DNA of 64,000 nucleotides from Antedon mediterranea (taxonomy: Eukaryota; Animalia; Echinodermata): NCBI RefSeq assembly GCF_964355755.1, contig NC_092680.1, positions 16,563,045 to 16,627,044 of the forward strand, given 5' to 3'. This document shows, piece after piece, positions 37,401-47,296 of this stretch. How positions within the stretch are numbered: position 1 is the stretch's first letter; each line of letters opens with the position of its first letter. Under the pieces are notes generated by a model. That model had not been told where the DNA came from. It saw only the letters and a list, made by a program, of their open reading frames with translations, and did not search any database. A program made the position numbers and the translations under genes.

Positions 37401-40400
37401 TGCCATGGAGTACATGCATGGGAAGAATGTTATTCATTGTGACCTGAAAACTGACAATGTTTTGGTATGGTCTTTAGCGTCAGAAGATCCAATAAATATC
37501 AAGATTGCAGATTATGGAATTTCCAAAATTAGCTTTTTACATCAAGCAGAGGGTGAAGCAGGCAATCCTGCCTTCTCAGCTCCAGAAATTTCAAGAGGAA
37601 CATTTGATAAACAGGTATTTTATATTTTATATGAGTTTCTACAATATTTTGTTTGACTTTGGCAATTTGTCAAAACTCACTTGTTAATTACTTATAATCA
37701 ATTATAATTCTTTGATAATTTCTGTGTAATGTTCACGGTTAATTCTCTTTTGATTTATTGTTGCAGAGTGATATATTTTCATTCGGTATGCTTATCTATA
37801 ACTTGATGTCTGGTCGCTGGCCTTTGGTTGAGCTTAAGTCATCTTTAGACGTACGCAATAAGATAAGACAAGGTGAACGACCCAAGTTCAAGTACATAGA
37901 GTTTTGCCAGGAGCCATGTTTTCCATTTTTGGAAGATCTCATGAAGGCATCTTGGCAGAGTAAACCTGTAGATCGACCAAGCTCGGGAGAGATTTCTGAA
38001 AGAATGAAAGATCCCAGCTTTCTATGTTTGAGAGATATTCACGATGTTGACAACAATGATGATGTCATCAGCTGTGCCTTTTCATCAAAGGTATGATTTG
38101 ATTTTTTTAATTTTAGGACCTTTTAGAACTTTTTGATAATCATTAGCTTTTCAAATCGATAGAAACAGGCAGACACTTAATTGATCTTTATGGTTCTAAT
38201 GCTAGTGCAGACAATGTGCCTAAACATTATTTATTTATTGATTCTTATTGTGTGTTCTATATTTTAGGAACATTCTCTTCTCTGGATTTGGACATACAGT
38301 GACAATGTAGAAGGACGTTGCTGCCGTGTGGTGAATATGAATACTGCAAAAACATTAATTATTCATTGCCCTGGGCCAAAGGTCAACTGTATGGTTGAAG
38401 GACATGGTGGTATATGGTTTGGAACTAATGTAAGTTGATTGGTTATAATATTGGAAAATATAACAAATTTACTCAACACATTTTTATATTTGTGCATGTC
38501 AATCACTTTCGAAGATGTCTACATTGCAAAAAACGGTAGAAGTGCCTAAAAGCCATGCTGTTGTACTGTAAACACTGATCTATGGCTACCATGCACATGT
38601 CATCTAAATTTTCTTTAATTTAATTGACTTTTTACTGCAAAAAAGTAGAAACTGGTTAGTTTTTGGCCACAGTGATGTAGTTTTGCAAGCTTTGCTGGAC
38701 ATCTCTAACCTAACAAATCTGTACATAACCCAAATTTATTTAGTTTAAAGCTCTGTCTACACTATCAAACTATTTTGACAAAATCATGTGATGTGCCCAT
38801 ATATAATATGGTAGTGGTAAGCTTAAATATGGTAGTGATATGACATCATGATGTCCACATATGGGCGCATTTTTTGTAACATCAAGTTTGATAGTGTAGA
38901 CAAAGCTTAAAAGAAGTTTAATCCACATTTAACTTAAGAACTGTGACTTTTATTTGTGACTGCAGGATAGAAATTCTTTGTTACATTCAAAACATAGCAT
39001 ATTATTTATTCTTAATATTTATTTTTTTAGGAGCATCTTCAATTTTATTACACTCAAAAGGATGGCTCTATTGTTGATTCACCACATGAATTTAAGATGG
39101 ATTCTCCAGTCTGCTCTCTTCTCAACTTAAAGGTTGGATATTAGAATAATATACAGTTTTACATATACCATTATATCCTCTGGTATAATACTACCCCGCT
39201 AGAACACAAAATTGGACCAAATTCTGGGGGTGGGACAATACCCGGAGAAACCCTGGTTCAGGAAAAAATGATTGGTAAGCATTTCTGGCTAGAAAAAAAT
39301 CTACATCAAGACCAAAAGTCACTACTAGGGCTATACCTGGGGGATATACCTGTTTATAAGACATAAAGTAGGGGGTGGGATTAGACCCAAAGTGGGATTA
39401 TACCTGAGTGTAATGGTACTTTTAAACGATTTCACCTACCGCCTTATGTATAATTGTTGTCTTCTATTTCTATAAGTACAGTAGTACATAAGACATGTGC
39501 CTCTTTACTTTTTCCAGTTTTATTCAACTGAAAACCTCTCATAATTATCTAATGTCACTGACAAGCTCATTTTTCTACTCATTTTCTACTCCTTTTCTCA
39601 CCATCGTTTTACCACATCTTGTGGAAGCCATAAGGTATCTTCATCCACATGTATCAACACTATTATTGTCTTACAAGGATTGACTTTTTCAGAGAAATTG
39701 GAAGAGACAAGCATTTTGAATCATACCTTAATTTTAAACAATTAGAAAACAATAAATTGATAACAATAAACAAATATTGATATACTGTTTTACTTTTTTT
39801 AGGATGAAAACGAAAACATTTACACATTTGCTGGTCGTGAAAATGGAAGTTTAGTCATTGTGAATAGTTCTTTAGATTTTAATGAAGACGGTACTGTGAA
39901 ATTGGAAATAAGAGACATGAAAACACTATTTGTAGTTGGACAATTTGGAGTTTCATACAGAAACAGTCCATGCAGAGCCATGGTCCTCACTAAAAACAAC
40001 GAAGAACTTTGGATTAGTTCTGGAAACACCATCAGAATCGTGAATGTCAACTCTATGAGTTTGATAAAGGAATATCTGACAGTTTACCCAAACTCATCAA
40101 ACCATATTAAAATATTGGTCCATAGGAATGGTCAAGTTTGGTGTAGTGATGGATCGTCACGCATTCTGCAATTTGATGTTATTAGTAGGTATAATATTGA
40201 TATGTTTAAGTGTGAAGAGAAAACAGCCCAATCGATATTAAGTGTACTGCCTGAAGAAGAGCTTTCAAACCGTACGACAAAACCCAGTCATCCAAGGTTG
40301 ATATTGCAAGGTAACAGGGAATCGCGTGTATGTTCCATCCAAGAAGATAACAATGAATTTTATATTGACTGGGTGTATTTTTCAGTCGAAAATGGATCTG

Positions 40401-40951
40401 AGAAAAAATGCTCTACTCTTCCAAATTCGCCAAATAATTTTCCAAATGGTATGCGTCCTAGAAGTCAAACTGTTGAACGACAGGAAAATCCTTGTAAGAC
40501 CAAGATAGTTTCGATACATGTGGTTGAAAATACCCTATGGGTTTCGACAAAAAGTGGAGAAACAATGGTTATTAATATTGTTGATACTCTGTATAACCGT
40601 AGAAGTAGCGAGCTTATTGCATGTATGTCATTAGAAAAGTCATCATTCTTTGTAAAAGGCAAATCAGAAACTTTACTCGCAGTTGGCCCTGATAAAATGG
40701 TATCGTTGGAAAAACTTAAAGGAAATGCTGCAGTTGGCAACAATAGATATCGTCTGCTTGTCTGGAATAGATGGTCCGGAAAAGATTTCACACGTTTCGA
40801 TGAGTTCCAGTCAAATGTTCGCAAGGCAGGTCGAAAGCAGAGTAAAACATTTAAATGTCAAGTTGAAATGATGGAAAGCGAGAACTGTGATACAACAGTC
40901 AATGAAGATGTATTGGAGTCTACTACAGAGCCGAATAAACAAGACATGTAG
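13439..40951 (+). CDS. LRRK1: LRRK1-like ROCO protein (ANK-LRR-Roc-COR-kinase-WD40), 23 exons, 2049 aa
   Basis: Exons: 13439-13478, 13691-13968, 16810-16894, 17651-17791, 19252-19379, 23556-23788, 24502-24644, 25381-25547, 25788-26062, 26788-27027, 27592-27811, 28209-28346, 28778-28954, 29473-29730, 32701-32857, 34146-34416, 34949-35167, 35864-36084, 36593-37614, 37767-38090, 38268-38429, 39031-39132, 39803-40951. Total 6150 nt, all GT-AG, phases consistent. ANK: LLHKACEKG, TPIEIASYHGH. LRR: LxxLxLSxNxL. P-loop GPKHGGKTT; G4 VGTHMD. COR: VPRSY, GFWNRL, YWQEG. Kinase: GRGGFG, AVK, HCDLKTDN, DYG, APE. The CDLKxDN loop, YWQEG and IPCPVC..DCV..C..H signatures resemble LRRK1 more than LRRK2; one-to-one orthology was not tested. 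Confidence 0.9.
15337..15491. repeat. Two-copy tandem duplication (about 76 bp unit), intronic
   Basis: caacattttaaaggaagtt..ttccttagctttgatatcaatgcctg..taaacaagaagtttattc occurs twice in tandem. Confidence 0.8.
16437..16609. mobile_element. Inverted-repeat relic with two degenerate minimal-hammerhead-like motifs (Penelope-like element terminal repeat)
   Basis: Arms ttatgttaaaccatt...gacgtttcgac...agtcttcatct and agatgaagact...gaaacatc...aatggtttaacataa. The minus strand reads CAGATGA-A-GACTTGTT-GAA-AACAAGTC-GAAA-CG-TC. Confidence 0.5.
17900..18160. repeat. Degenerate minisatellite (about 20-bp unit aagtaagYgcaaagccta)
   Basis: Repeated aagtgcaaag / aagcacaaa / aagcgcaaagcc units. Confidence 0.55.
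22733..23155. repeat. Two-copy tandem duplication (about 222 bp unit), intronic
   Basis: ggaaaccccggttc...cacaccatggtgccggtatcgtatggaacttgtg...taaggctaaaccagataggccaac...tgattcaattcattgca is present twice, nearly identical. Confidence 0.9.
23380..23465 (+). mobile_element. HINE/DINE-1-like non-autonomous Helentron-type element, copy 1
   Basis: ctctacacctcactatgtc..ggttggtc..aaacactaactcaaatttgagcatgcggctgcagccatggccttgttt; the same family occurs at about 43420, 57034 and 60139. Confidence 0.55.
23556..27027 (+). CDS. LRRK1: LRR-domain exons (6-10) of the LRRK1-like gene
   Basis: IDLSKNNLRSIP, LNLSDNSIRQLP, LDLSKNKLSCVP, LNLSNNNLSSIP, LDLSSNALKEIP, LKLASNYIKEFP, LRLAGCQINSLP. Confidence 0.9.
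25080..25227. mobile_element. PIF/Harbinger-type MITE, copy 1 (TIR AGCTCTGTCTACACTA, TTA target duplication)
   Basis: tta|agctctgtctgacacta...tagtgtagacagagct|tta; internal tatggtagtgatatgacatcatcatgtccatatatgggc shared with the other copies. Confidence 0.85.
27592..29730 (+). CDS. LRRK1: Roc GTPase-domain exons (11-14) of the LRRK1-like gene
   Basis: MKMMIIGPK|HGGKTTL (P-loop split by an intron), FNIFDLKCS (G3 position), LFILVWD, VIIVGTHMD (G4), CVDAS (G5). Confidence 0.85.
28560..28751. mobile_element. PIF/Harbinger-type MITE, copy 2 (left end eroded)
   Basis: Same internal sequence as copy 1; right TIR agtgtagacagagct followed by tta. Confidence 0.75.
29190..29440 (-). mobile_element. 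Diverged copy of the Deu-type tRNA-SINE
   Basis: The reverse complement contains tggtggaacaagtct, gcactttaaagaaccc and gagtaggaggttaccc, matching the SINE at 40968-41285. Confidence 0.6.
29865..31980 (+). mobile_element. 5'-truncated non-LTR retrotransposon (CR1 group: Daphne/Crack/L2-like) with a (GAAAT)n tail
   Basis: The frame is open from 29865 (..PTDKPWIS..) to the stop at 31715, followed by a T-rich 3'UTR and gaaataaatgaaatgaaatgaaaa. No endonuclease domain and no clear target-site duplication. Confidence 0.9.
29949..31715 (+). CDS. LINE ORF2 reverse transcriptase (N-terminally truncated, uninterrupted)
   Basis: Non-LTR RT motifs SPGPD, FRPISL, QYG, DFSKAFD, GVPQGTLLGP, KYVDD, LNPTKCK, LLGLWI, EYAVPVW. 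Confidence 0.95.
   Translation: MKRQHAFTNHVKSLEWKFYRNKVQKVIKKDKMNFYNERLLNLKVTNPHKWHQGVQMLANKTKPQPLISVEDIPQDDYHGISNFVNNHFAITSQSRPSIDLCKLPTYLPANKPPNVKEWEMYNQLRKVKVNKSPGPDNVPNRLIRDFACELSIPMTNILNASLSEGHVPTMWKDAIVTPVPKENGCTRVDKFRPISLTCILAKVAEGFIKKWLLTDIEKNLDNNQYGCRKHFSTTHNLVDLLNVFYEGSNIPKSVGQLVLTDFSKAFDCVDHTIAVSKLVTLGCRPEIVPWLISFLSNRTQQVRYKSTLSMSVNLTCGVPQGTLLGPMIFLALINDAMQDSPCKTWKYVDDLCIGQIVKKDVISSIQNDVALLNVWSNENKLKLNPTKCKTMYFNFQRNQYEHEPLFIGNATIEIVNETKLLGLWIQANLKWDRNVKEIVSKASRRLHILCRLRKFNLPKFDLVDVFKSYIRPSVEYAVPVWHSSLTKKQSDMIESVQKRACRIILCNDYICYDQALNDLSLDTLSDRRRNLCYKFALNCSKSIHFGKWFPVKNVSNMKLRRVKYQQPKCRVERYRKSAIPYLISLLNE
33612..33830 (+). mobile_element. Decayed tRNA-derived SINE (related head also near 33180-33250)
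   Basis: A-box-like gtagcttggtggttaa and B-box-like agagttcatttct; a similar head tagctcggtgatcaatgtgcttgccttttgatctcaaggtc lies upstream. Confidence 0.4.
35274..35553. mobile_element. Second, diverged and internally deleted copy of the 29790-32400 DNA element, in opposite orientation and without the LINE
   Basis: gggagga..tacgataacgaaaacg ... gcaaaatgtgcaaaataga ... caacacgaaatacgctttacgaaatgaagttctgctcaaaagtt ... tcgtaagattgcaaaacct. Confidence 0.75.
36593..38090 (+). CDS. LRRK1: COR-B end and TKL-type kinase-domain exons (19-20) of the LRRK1-like gene
   Basis: ORFs 36529-37656 and 37758-38096: LGRGGFGSV, LAVKQF, LRSEV, IHCDLKTDNVL, IKIADYG, SAPE, SDIFSFGM, RP. Confidence 0.93.
38749..38907. 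mobile_element. PIF/Harbinger-type MITE, copy 3
   Basis: taa|agctctgtctacactatcaaac...gtttgatagtgtagacaaagct|taa. Confidence 0.85.
39167..39416. mobile_element. Probable Tc1/mariner-type MITE (TA-flanked)
   Basis: ta|ccattatatcctctggtataat ... attatacctgagtgtaatgg|ta, imperfect TIRs. Confidence 0.45.
39803..40951 (+). CDS. LRRK1: Terminal exon (WD40-like beta-propeller C-terminus) of the LRRK1-like gene
   Basis: 363-aa ORF with repeated beta-strand/Trp motifs (ELWISSG, QVWCSDG, TLWVSTKSG, LLVW); tttttttag acceptor at 39802; stop tag at 40949-40951. Confidence 0.85.
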   Translation, partial: DENENIYTFAGRENGSLVIVNSSLDFNEDGTVKLEIRDMKTLFVVGQFGVSYRNSPCRAMVLTKNNEELWISSGNTIRIVNVNSMSLIKEYLTVYPNSSNHIKILVHRNGQVWCSDGSSRILQFDVISRYNIDMFKCEEKTAQSILSVLPEEELSNRTTKPSHPRLILQGNRESRVCSIQEDNNEFYIDWVYFSVENGSEKKCSTLPNSPNNFPNGMRPRSQTVERQENPCKTKIVSIHVVENTLWVSTKSGETMVINIVDTLYNRRSSELIACMSLEKSSFFVKGKSETLLAVGPDKMVSLEKLKGNAAVGNNRYRLLVWNRWSGKDFTRFDEFQSNVRKAGRKQSKTFKCQVEMMESENCDTTVNEDVLESTTEPNKQDM

Positions 40952-40967
40952 AACCGATTTTGTAGTT

Positions 40968-41285
40968 GAAACCAGTGGCCGAGCGGTTAAGACAGTGGAA
41001 CCGTCATTACCTAGCCATAACAACGGCAGGGGTTCGAGGCTCACTCACTCCATGGTTCTGGTGGTAGAACGAGTCTTCTCGGATAAGGACTATAAACCGT
41101 AGGTCCAGTGTACACATCTAGCTCGTGTGCACTTTAAAGAACCTAGTAAATCTTTCGAGATGAGTAGGGGGTTACCCCGGTGTATTAGTACATCACAGCC
41201 ACTGATCACCAACTGGGCCCTCTGGGAGACCAGTCATTGACTGAAGAGGTTACCCAGTATAAATATATATTTCAATAATCAATAA
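40968..41285 (+). mobile_element. tRNA-derived SINE with a Deu/Nin-like central domain, in the 3'UTR of the LRRK1-like gene
   Basis: Pol III A box tggccgagcgg and B box ggttcgaggc; body tcggataaggactataaaccgtaggtcc...taaagaacc...gagtagggggttaccccggtgt resembles the DeuSINE core as recalled. Confidence 0.75.
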
Positions 41286-41884
41286 ACCATATCTCTACTA
41301 AAATATATACATAGTATATCAAGATTTACCTAAAGTTTAATAGGAATCACATCTAGAAAGTTGTTTTATTTCATTATTTACACTATTGTATAGCTATTCA
41401 TCAATGTGCCTTGTATTCAATATCTAATTGTGCCTATGTGGATGCTGTGACAAATGTAGTTCAGTATACTTAGAAAACAACATGTATAGTAAATGGTATA
41501 AAGTAGAGCAAACACCTTGGTCATATTATAACAGAAGAACTGCATCTTTAAAACAGAGATTTACACTTTAAAACAGAAATGTTGATATGGCTAAGAAAGT
41601 ACAACTCATAAAAACATACATAAGCTAAATATATATGCCTGTGAAAGCTGGACAATAAACAAAGATATAACAATAGGCATAGAGGCATGTGAGACATAAT
41701 TTTTTAGAAGAATGCTTAAAAGAGATTTTCAACAGATGCAATTATCAACGGAGTCTGCTAAAAAGAAATTAAGAGGCGACAACTGAAATATCTCGGACAT
41801 ATAATAAGGAAAGAAGAAATACAACTGTTGACACTATGTGAAAAAGTAGAAGGAAGAAGTCGTTGGCTTCAACGTTTAGCATAT

Positions 41885-42560
41885 ATCTCCACAATCAATA
41901 ACACTCAGTTCACCACCAACAATTTCATTCCAAATGCATATGACAGGGAACTAACTCTGGAGAACAAAGCCTCATCAACGTCTGCAACCAGACATGATAC
42001 CAACAGAAGAAGTTGTATAGAAGAAAAGATTCTCAACAGTTGACTATCTCTCCACAATCAATAACAATCAGCTCACCAACAACAATGTCATTCAAACTGC
42101 ATATAAGTTATAACGGGGAACTCTGGAGAACAAAGCCTCATCAACGTCTGCAAGCAGACATAATACCAACAGAAGAAGTTATATAGAAGCAAAGATTCTC
42201 AACAGTTGACTATCTCTCCACAATCAATAACACTCAGCTCACCAACAACAATGTCATTCAAACTGCATATAAGTTATAACGGGGAACTCTGGAAAACAAA
42301 GCCTCATCAACGTCTGCAAGCAGACATAATACCAACAGAAGAAGTTATATAGAAGAAAAGATTCTCAACAGTTGACTATCTCTCCACAATCAATAACACT
42401 CAGCTCACCAACAACAATGTCATTCAAACTGAATATAAGTTATAACGGGGAACTCTGAAGAACAAAGCCTCATCAACGTCTGCAAGCAGACATGATACCA
42501 ACAAACAAAGACAAAGCCTCATCAACGTCTGCAAGCAGACATAATACCAGAAGAAGAAGA
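41885..42560. repeat. 166-bp tandem repeat, about 4 copies
   Basis: Units begin tctccacaatcaataacact/atcagctcacc at about 41885, 42047, 42213 and 42379; copies 2-4 are near-identical. Confidence 0.92.
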
Positions 42561-43417
42561 AGAATACTATAAAAGAAAAGATTAATTGAAACTATATAAA
42601 TAAAGATTTAATTTAATATGTTAATAGATACTATTTGTAATATAGAATAATAGATGTATGATAACATTTTATAGTAAATTGTATTTTATGATCATTGGAA
42701 TAGTACACACTTTATATGACAGATAATTTATAATAAATTGTATGCTAAAATGTCGAGGAATAAACGAATGTAAATCTGTTCCATAAGTATTGAAAGGTTT
42801 TTAAAAAAAGTCAAATTTGTTTTGCTACATACATAAACAGTTAAGTGTCTTTCACACCTGTTGTTGTCCATATTGATTTGCGCATGACTGCGTGGAGTGT
42901 CGTGAAAACAAAACATTGACGTTCGACTTGATTTGCCGGCGGCGGACCGAAACCGTGCGTGCCGGAACATGTGTGAAAGCCCCTTTTACACATGGCTACA
43001 TATTTGGAATATGTATACAATATGTTACACTGTACGCTTCATCGTCGTTAGACATAACGCGTTCTTCTATTTCGCGCCATTTTATTCGTGTCGTTGGTCG
43101 GTTGTGTCTCAATATTCTATTTTGTTATTACCGTTGCCGCTCGTCTGTGTAAATTAGCCTTTACATGCCGTATCAATTAGTCGTCGTCTTTTTATCTTAC
43201 GGCTTCATTTTTGTCAGGTTTGCCCATTCTGTAAATGTCTTCTTCTTCGTCATTCCATTTTGATGAGCGTCCCTTTGTGAATATAAAGTAAATAAAAACA
43301 CATTAACAAACAAAAAATGTAAATAATTCATAAAGGGTGGTGTTGTAAGTGAACTTCGTCCAACACATTTTTTTTTTCAAATTACAGTTTTGCAAAATAA
43401 GTGTAACGATGTTTAGA

Positions 43418-43500
43418 CAGCCCACTATGTCGGTCGGTTGGTCGGTCGTTAAATACTAACTAACTCAAATTTGAGTTGGAGCATCGATACTAGCCGTATG
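43418..43500 (+). mobile_element. HINE/DINE-1-like element, copy 2
   Basis: cagcccactatgtcggtcggttggtcggtcg..actaactcaaatttgag. Confidence 0.55.
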
Positions 43501-44368
43501 TCATTCAATATTTCTTCATCAAGATATCCGCAAACGAAATATCTTGGCAAATTCATAGATTTTCTTAGCCCACAGGACAATACGCTTATTATCTTTATTA
43601 ATAATTTCAAAGGGAAAATTAACCTAATACTGAGTAAGATTCCTTATATATTTTTAGTCCGCTCGAGTTAGACGTCGCCGGAGGTGCGCTCTCGTGAAGT
43701 GCTGTTTATCAATTAATAATAATATGTCTTTTGATGAAGTTAGACGTCAGAGATAATATTTTTGTTTGAATAGACGTTGTCTGTGTTTTGTTGTTTTTAA
43801 GTCAAAGAATTTTTCTTTAGCTTTCATATCTTAGAAGCCTCATATCATTTAACGTTTCTTCAAAGCATTCCAATACCGTTTGTGACGTGCGCCTTTAATT
43901 TTCTGCTGATCGAATTCATAAATTACCTCAGTATAACATTATTGATGAAAGAAACCTTCGTGTATTATGATATGATATATTATTTGTTGGGAACATTTAT
44001 GGAACATGCACCAACTGTTGAAATCAAAAATCCCCTTCGAACGTAGATACATCCAGAATACATACATTTAAAATATATCTACTTCGCTTAAGATTGAGTG
44101 ATTGTGTAACATTTATCTGTAATTGAACTGAAGTTTTATGTAAACATCGTACAATCCAGACCCATTTTCTAATGTATAATATATCAATGTTTAACGATAG
44201 TGTTTTAAATGCATACGCACTCCAGCTTCTTAATGCGTTCAGAGTCAAAGTCTCTGCTGTTACTAAACACGAGTGCCATTCAACCACTTCATAGAAAAGG
44301 AATTTATTACAGCGTTGTAAATCGTCATAACACTAAAAAAGACAAAGTATCTGAAGTGCACATTCTAA

Positions 44369-44503
44369 TTTCTACTAGGTGAATTTGTTCGCTCGAATTG
44401 AAAGCGTCAGCTTATACGCATGCGTAGAGAGGGATTGAAACATGAATACGCATGCGTATGAGCTGAAACTTTCGTTTCGTCAAACGAATTTGCTCAGTAG
44501 AAA
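44369..44503. mobile_element. Short palindromic MITE-like element
   Basis: tttctact..gaatttg..tcagcttatacgcatgcgta and tacgcatgcgtatgagctga..cgaatttg..agtagaaa form inverted arms. Confidence 0.55.
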
Positions 44504-46060
44504 CGACGACCGCCACGCATAAACCGACGTGATTTTCTTTACGCTGATAGACACGTATTTCGTATCTCGTATCTCAACTCATCATTCACCATCAATTTTA
44601 AGACCGACCAGGTGGCTTTTTAACTTTTTTTATATTTATTTTTTGCACTCAACCTTATCCTGAAGACAATGTTTATGAATGTGTTTGTATATTTGCCCTT
44701 GAGCAGTCTCAGTATTCCTAGCCACTGATTTTTTTTAGTGGTGTGTTTTATTAAATAATTGCTGTTTGTTAACGTACCGTAGTCTACAAGTGGATTTATA
44801 GTGTATTCAAATTTAAAGGAATTAAAGTATTATGATGATAATCCTGTAAAATATGTATGCAAACTGTACAGAGTAGAGTTTAATCTGAATTATTGTTTTT
44901 GTGAGATAACAGTAATAATGATTAGCATGTTATTACATGATGACGCAAGCATTCATCTTGAAACGAATACAGTTTAGATTGATTGAGCCATTACGGCGGT
45001 ATGAAAAAGTGCCATCAAATTAATTTTACGATACGAAAAAAGGTCCATCAGTTTAATGTACGAAAGACAAGTAAAGAAATTAAAACCTACTAACTGATTC
45101 CCCCTCCCTCCCCCCAACCTTAATGAAGGTGGTGTCCACTGATTAGAGACTGACCGTTAATATTAAATGTTATTTGCCCTTCGTTTGTTTTTTAAAGTCC
45201 TTCTTGGAAAAGGGTGTCTCTTAGGCCATTTCGCAGCCATAACAAAATTATCGGTAATTTTTTAACTAATCAGATAAATAATAAAAAGTAAAGTGCGCAT
45301 TATCAGACATAACCGAACAACCAAGTGCCCAAACACAACCCAACATTTTGTGCTTCAGGTCAAAGGGTAAAAATTATCAGATTTATCCGATAATTATCCG
45401 ATTTAAATAAGATAATTATCGGTGTATTTTTCTCGAGCGGAATCGCTTAAACCCCGTTTTCCACAAGAATTTGGTTGGTAGTAACTAACTTACCCGTTCG
45501 GACGGAACAAATTTACACGTGTAATGGTCGCGTGTGGTGTAAATTTTGAGATAAACTTGCTGTTTCAAAAATCCACCTCATGAGGTGAATTTTTCAATTA
45601 CACCTTAAACCGCAAGCTGATTAACCGCAAGATAAGGAGCAATTTGACATTAATATTGTAAAGCAAATTAGTCTAAACCAAAATAAAATTCATCGCGGTT
45701 GACAAAACAAGCATTTGTTTGAATAATGGAATAGTAATAATTAAAATTTCATAATAGTTGACATACCATAGATAATTGTATTATTATATAATATTAGTTG
45801 GGTTTAAATAGCCTTCGTTTAACATTTATAATAGTGACATAAACTCTGAGTACATACATTTTAAATATAATCTAAAAATCTGATAGTGTTTGCTCTCACA
45901 CAAAGGTTCCGCTTCGGTTGAAAATCATCTTAGATCGCTAAGCTTAATTATTTGTAGAGAGCTATTGATTTCCCAAAGGGTCACGAAATCCAATGGTTCT
46001 CGATAAGTACCTGGTAACATTGCGTCGTGCAAAACGTCAGGTTTTCACACATCGCGTGGG

Positions 46061-46208
46061 TTTAGATATCGTATGCGCCGCGTGCTTAGATATCGTACGC
46101 GCCGCGTGCTCGTTTACTAACGTATCCGTCTGTAAACACAGTATAGGCTTAGATATCGTACACGCCGCGTGCTCGTTTACTAACGTATTCGTCTGTAAAC
46201 ACAGTATA
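46061..46208. repeat. CpG-rich tandem duplication (about 62 bp x2, plus a 22-bp partial copy)
   Basis: gcttagatatcgtac(g/a)cgccgcgtgctcgtttactaacgtat(c/t)cgtctgtaaacacagtata is repeated. Confidence 0.85.
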
Positions 46209-47228
46209 TTCTATAATGAAATCTTCATGCATTTCAATCGGTAAACATTGTAAAGATTAATAATATACCCGGTATCCAATCAGGACACTGCAATTAATTG
46301 CATAATGCGTACGGAGACATTCACACAACCTACCCATTTTCACAATGGTACTTACCGAATATTAACTATGTCTGAAAATGAACCGAAATGAACGTTTATT
46401 ATCAATGGATGAGGCATTCGTAACAGTATACACCATTTCTTTGTGCGCATTTACTTTCCTGTCATTATCATAATTGCACTAATTATAATCAAAGCACCTG
46501 TACATCGTTTGAGACCCACTCACTTTTCCTGCCAATGAAGGCAGATTCACGTCTGTTGTCTTGTTTCATGGCTTAGGACAATCATAAGCCTTCGTATTGT
46601 ACACTCGACGTAAATTTATCACTCACAGCCATAGGCCCAAGCGTGATCACCTTTTTTATTTACTTGGACATTATTAGTGCTGGAGTTACGTACATCTGAT
46701 TATGGCTGGCGAAAATCATTACGCTGGTGATTCTTATCATAATGCTGTAACAAGTAAGTAATTTTATATTTTATTATCGCTGATAAATAAATATACATGC
46801 AATATGTTTGTTTTGTTCTCGTTTTGAATCGGGTGTATTATCTTCACAATGCGCATGCTCATTTTCTTTCCATTGCTCTCTGTTTTTCAATAATCTGAAA
46901 TCGTGGCCGATTTAAGCATTAGCGAAAACAAATTAACACACATAATACGTTAGGTTAACACTATTGCCGGCCCTATTATATCCATACATGGGCATACAAG
47001 TCATATTTTCAATGCAAAGTAATTACTGAAATAACTCATCTTCTTCAATCTCAATTATTTACTATTCAATCTCCTTGATATATGGCATCGATAATTCAAC
47101 AATTGAAAAAAAAGAGGGGGAGAATTAGTAGCCCTGTCTTTGTAACGTATTGTTACAAGTATATGATATTTCCTGTTCCCCACATTAATTCGCTTTGGAA
47201 TGGTCTTTTAATCTTCGTGAAAATAGTT

Positions 47229-47296
47229 TGTACTACAGGTGGACAGTGCGACCGTTTGTACTACAGGTGGACACTGTACTACAGGTGGACACTGCG
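47229..47296. repeat. Short tandem repeat tgtactacaggtggaca x3
   Basis: Three exact copies, each carrying the E-box CAGGTG. Confidence 0.8.

Noticed and set aside
36936-37415. 159-aa antisense ORF (and similar ORFs at 40465-40824, 10722-10949, 105-434)
   Set aside because: These are shadow frames of real exons on the opposite strand.
40968-41050. tRNA gene
   Set aside because: A and B boxes are present, but I could not fold a cloverleaf and the sequence continues into a SINE body that has another copy in the window.
41885-42560. CRISPR-like or coding repeat array
   Set aside because: The units are contiguous 166-bp tandem copies with no unique spacers, there are no cas genes, the context is eukaryotic, and the unit is not a multiple of 3.
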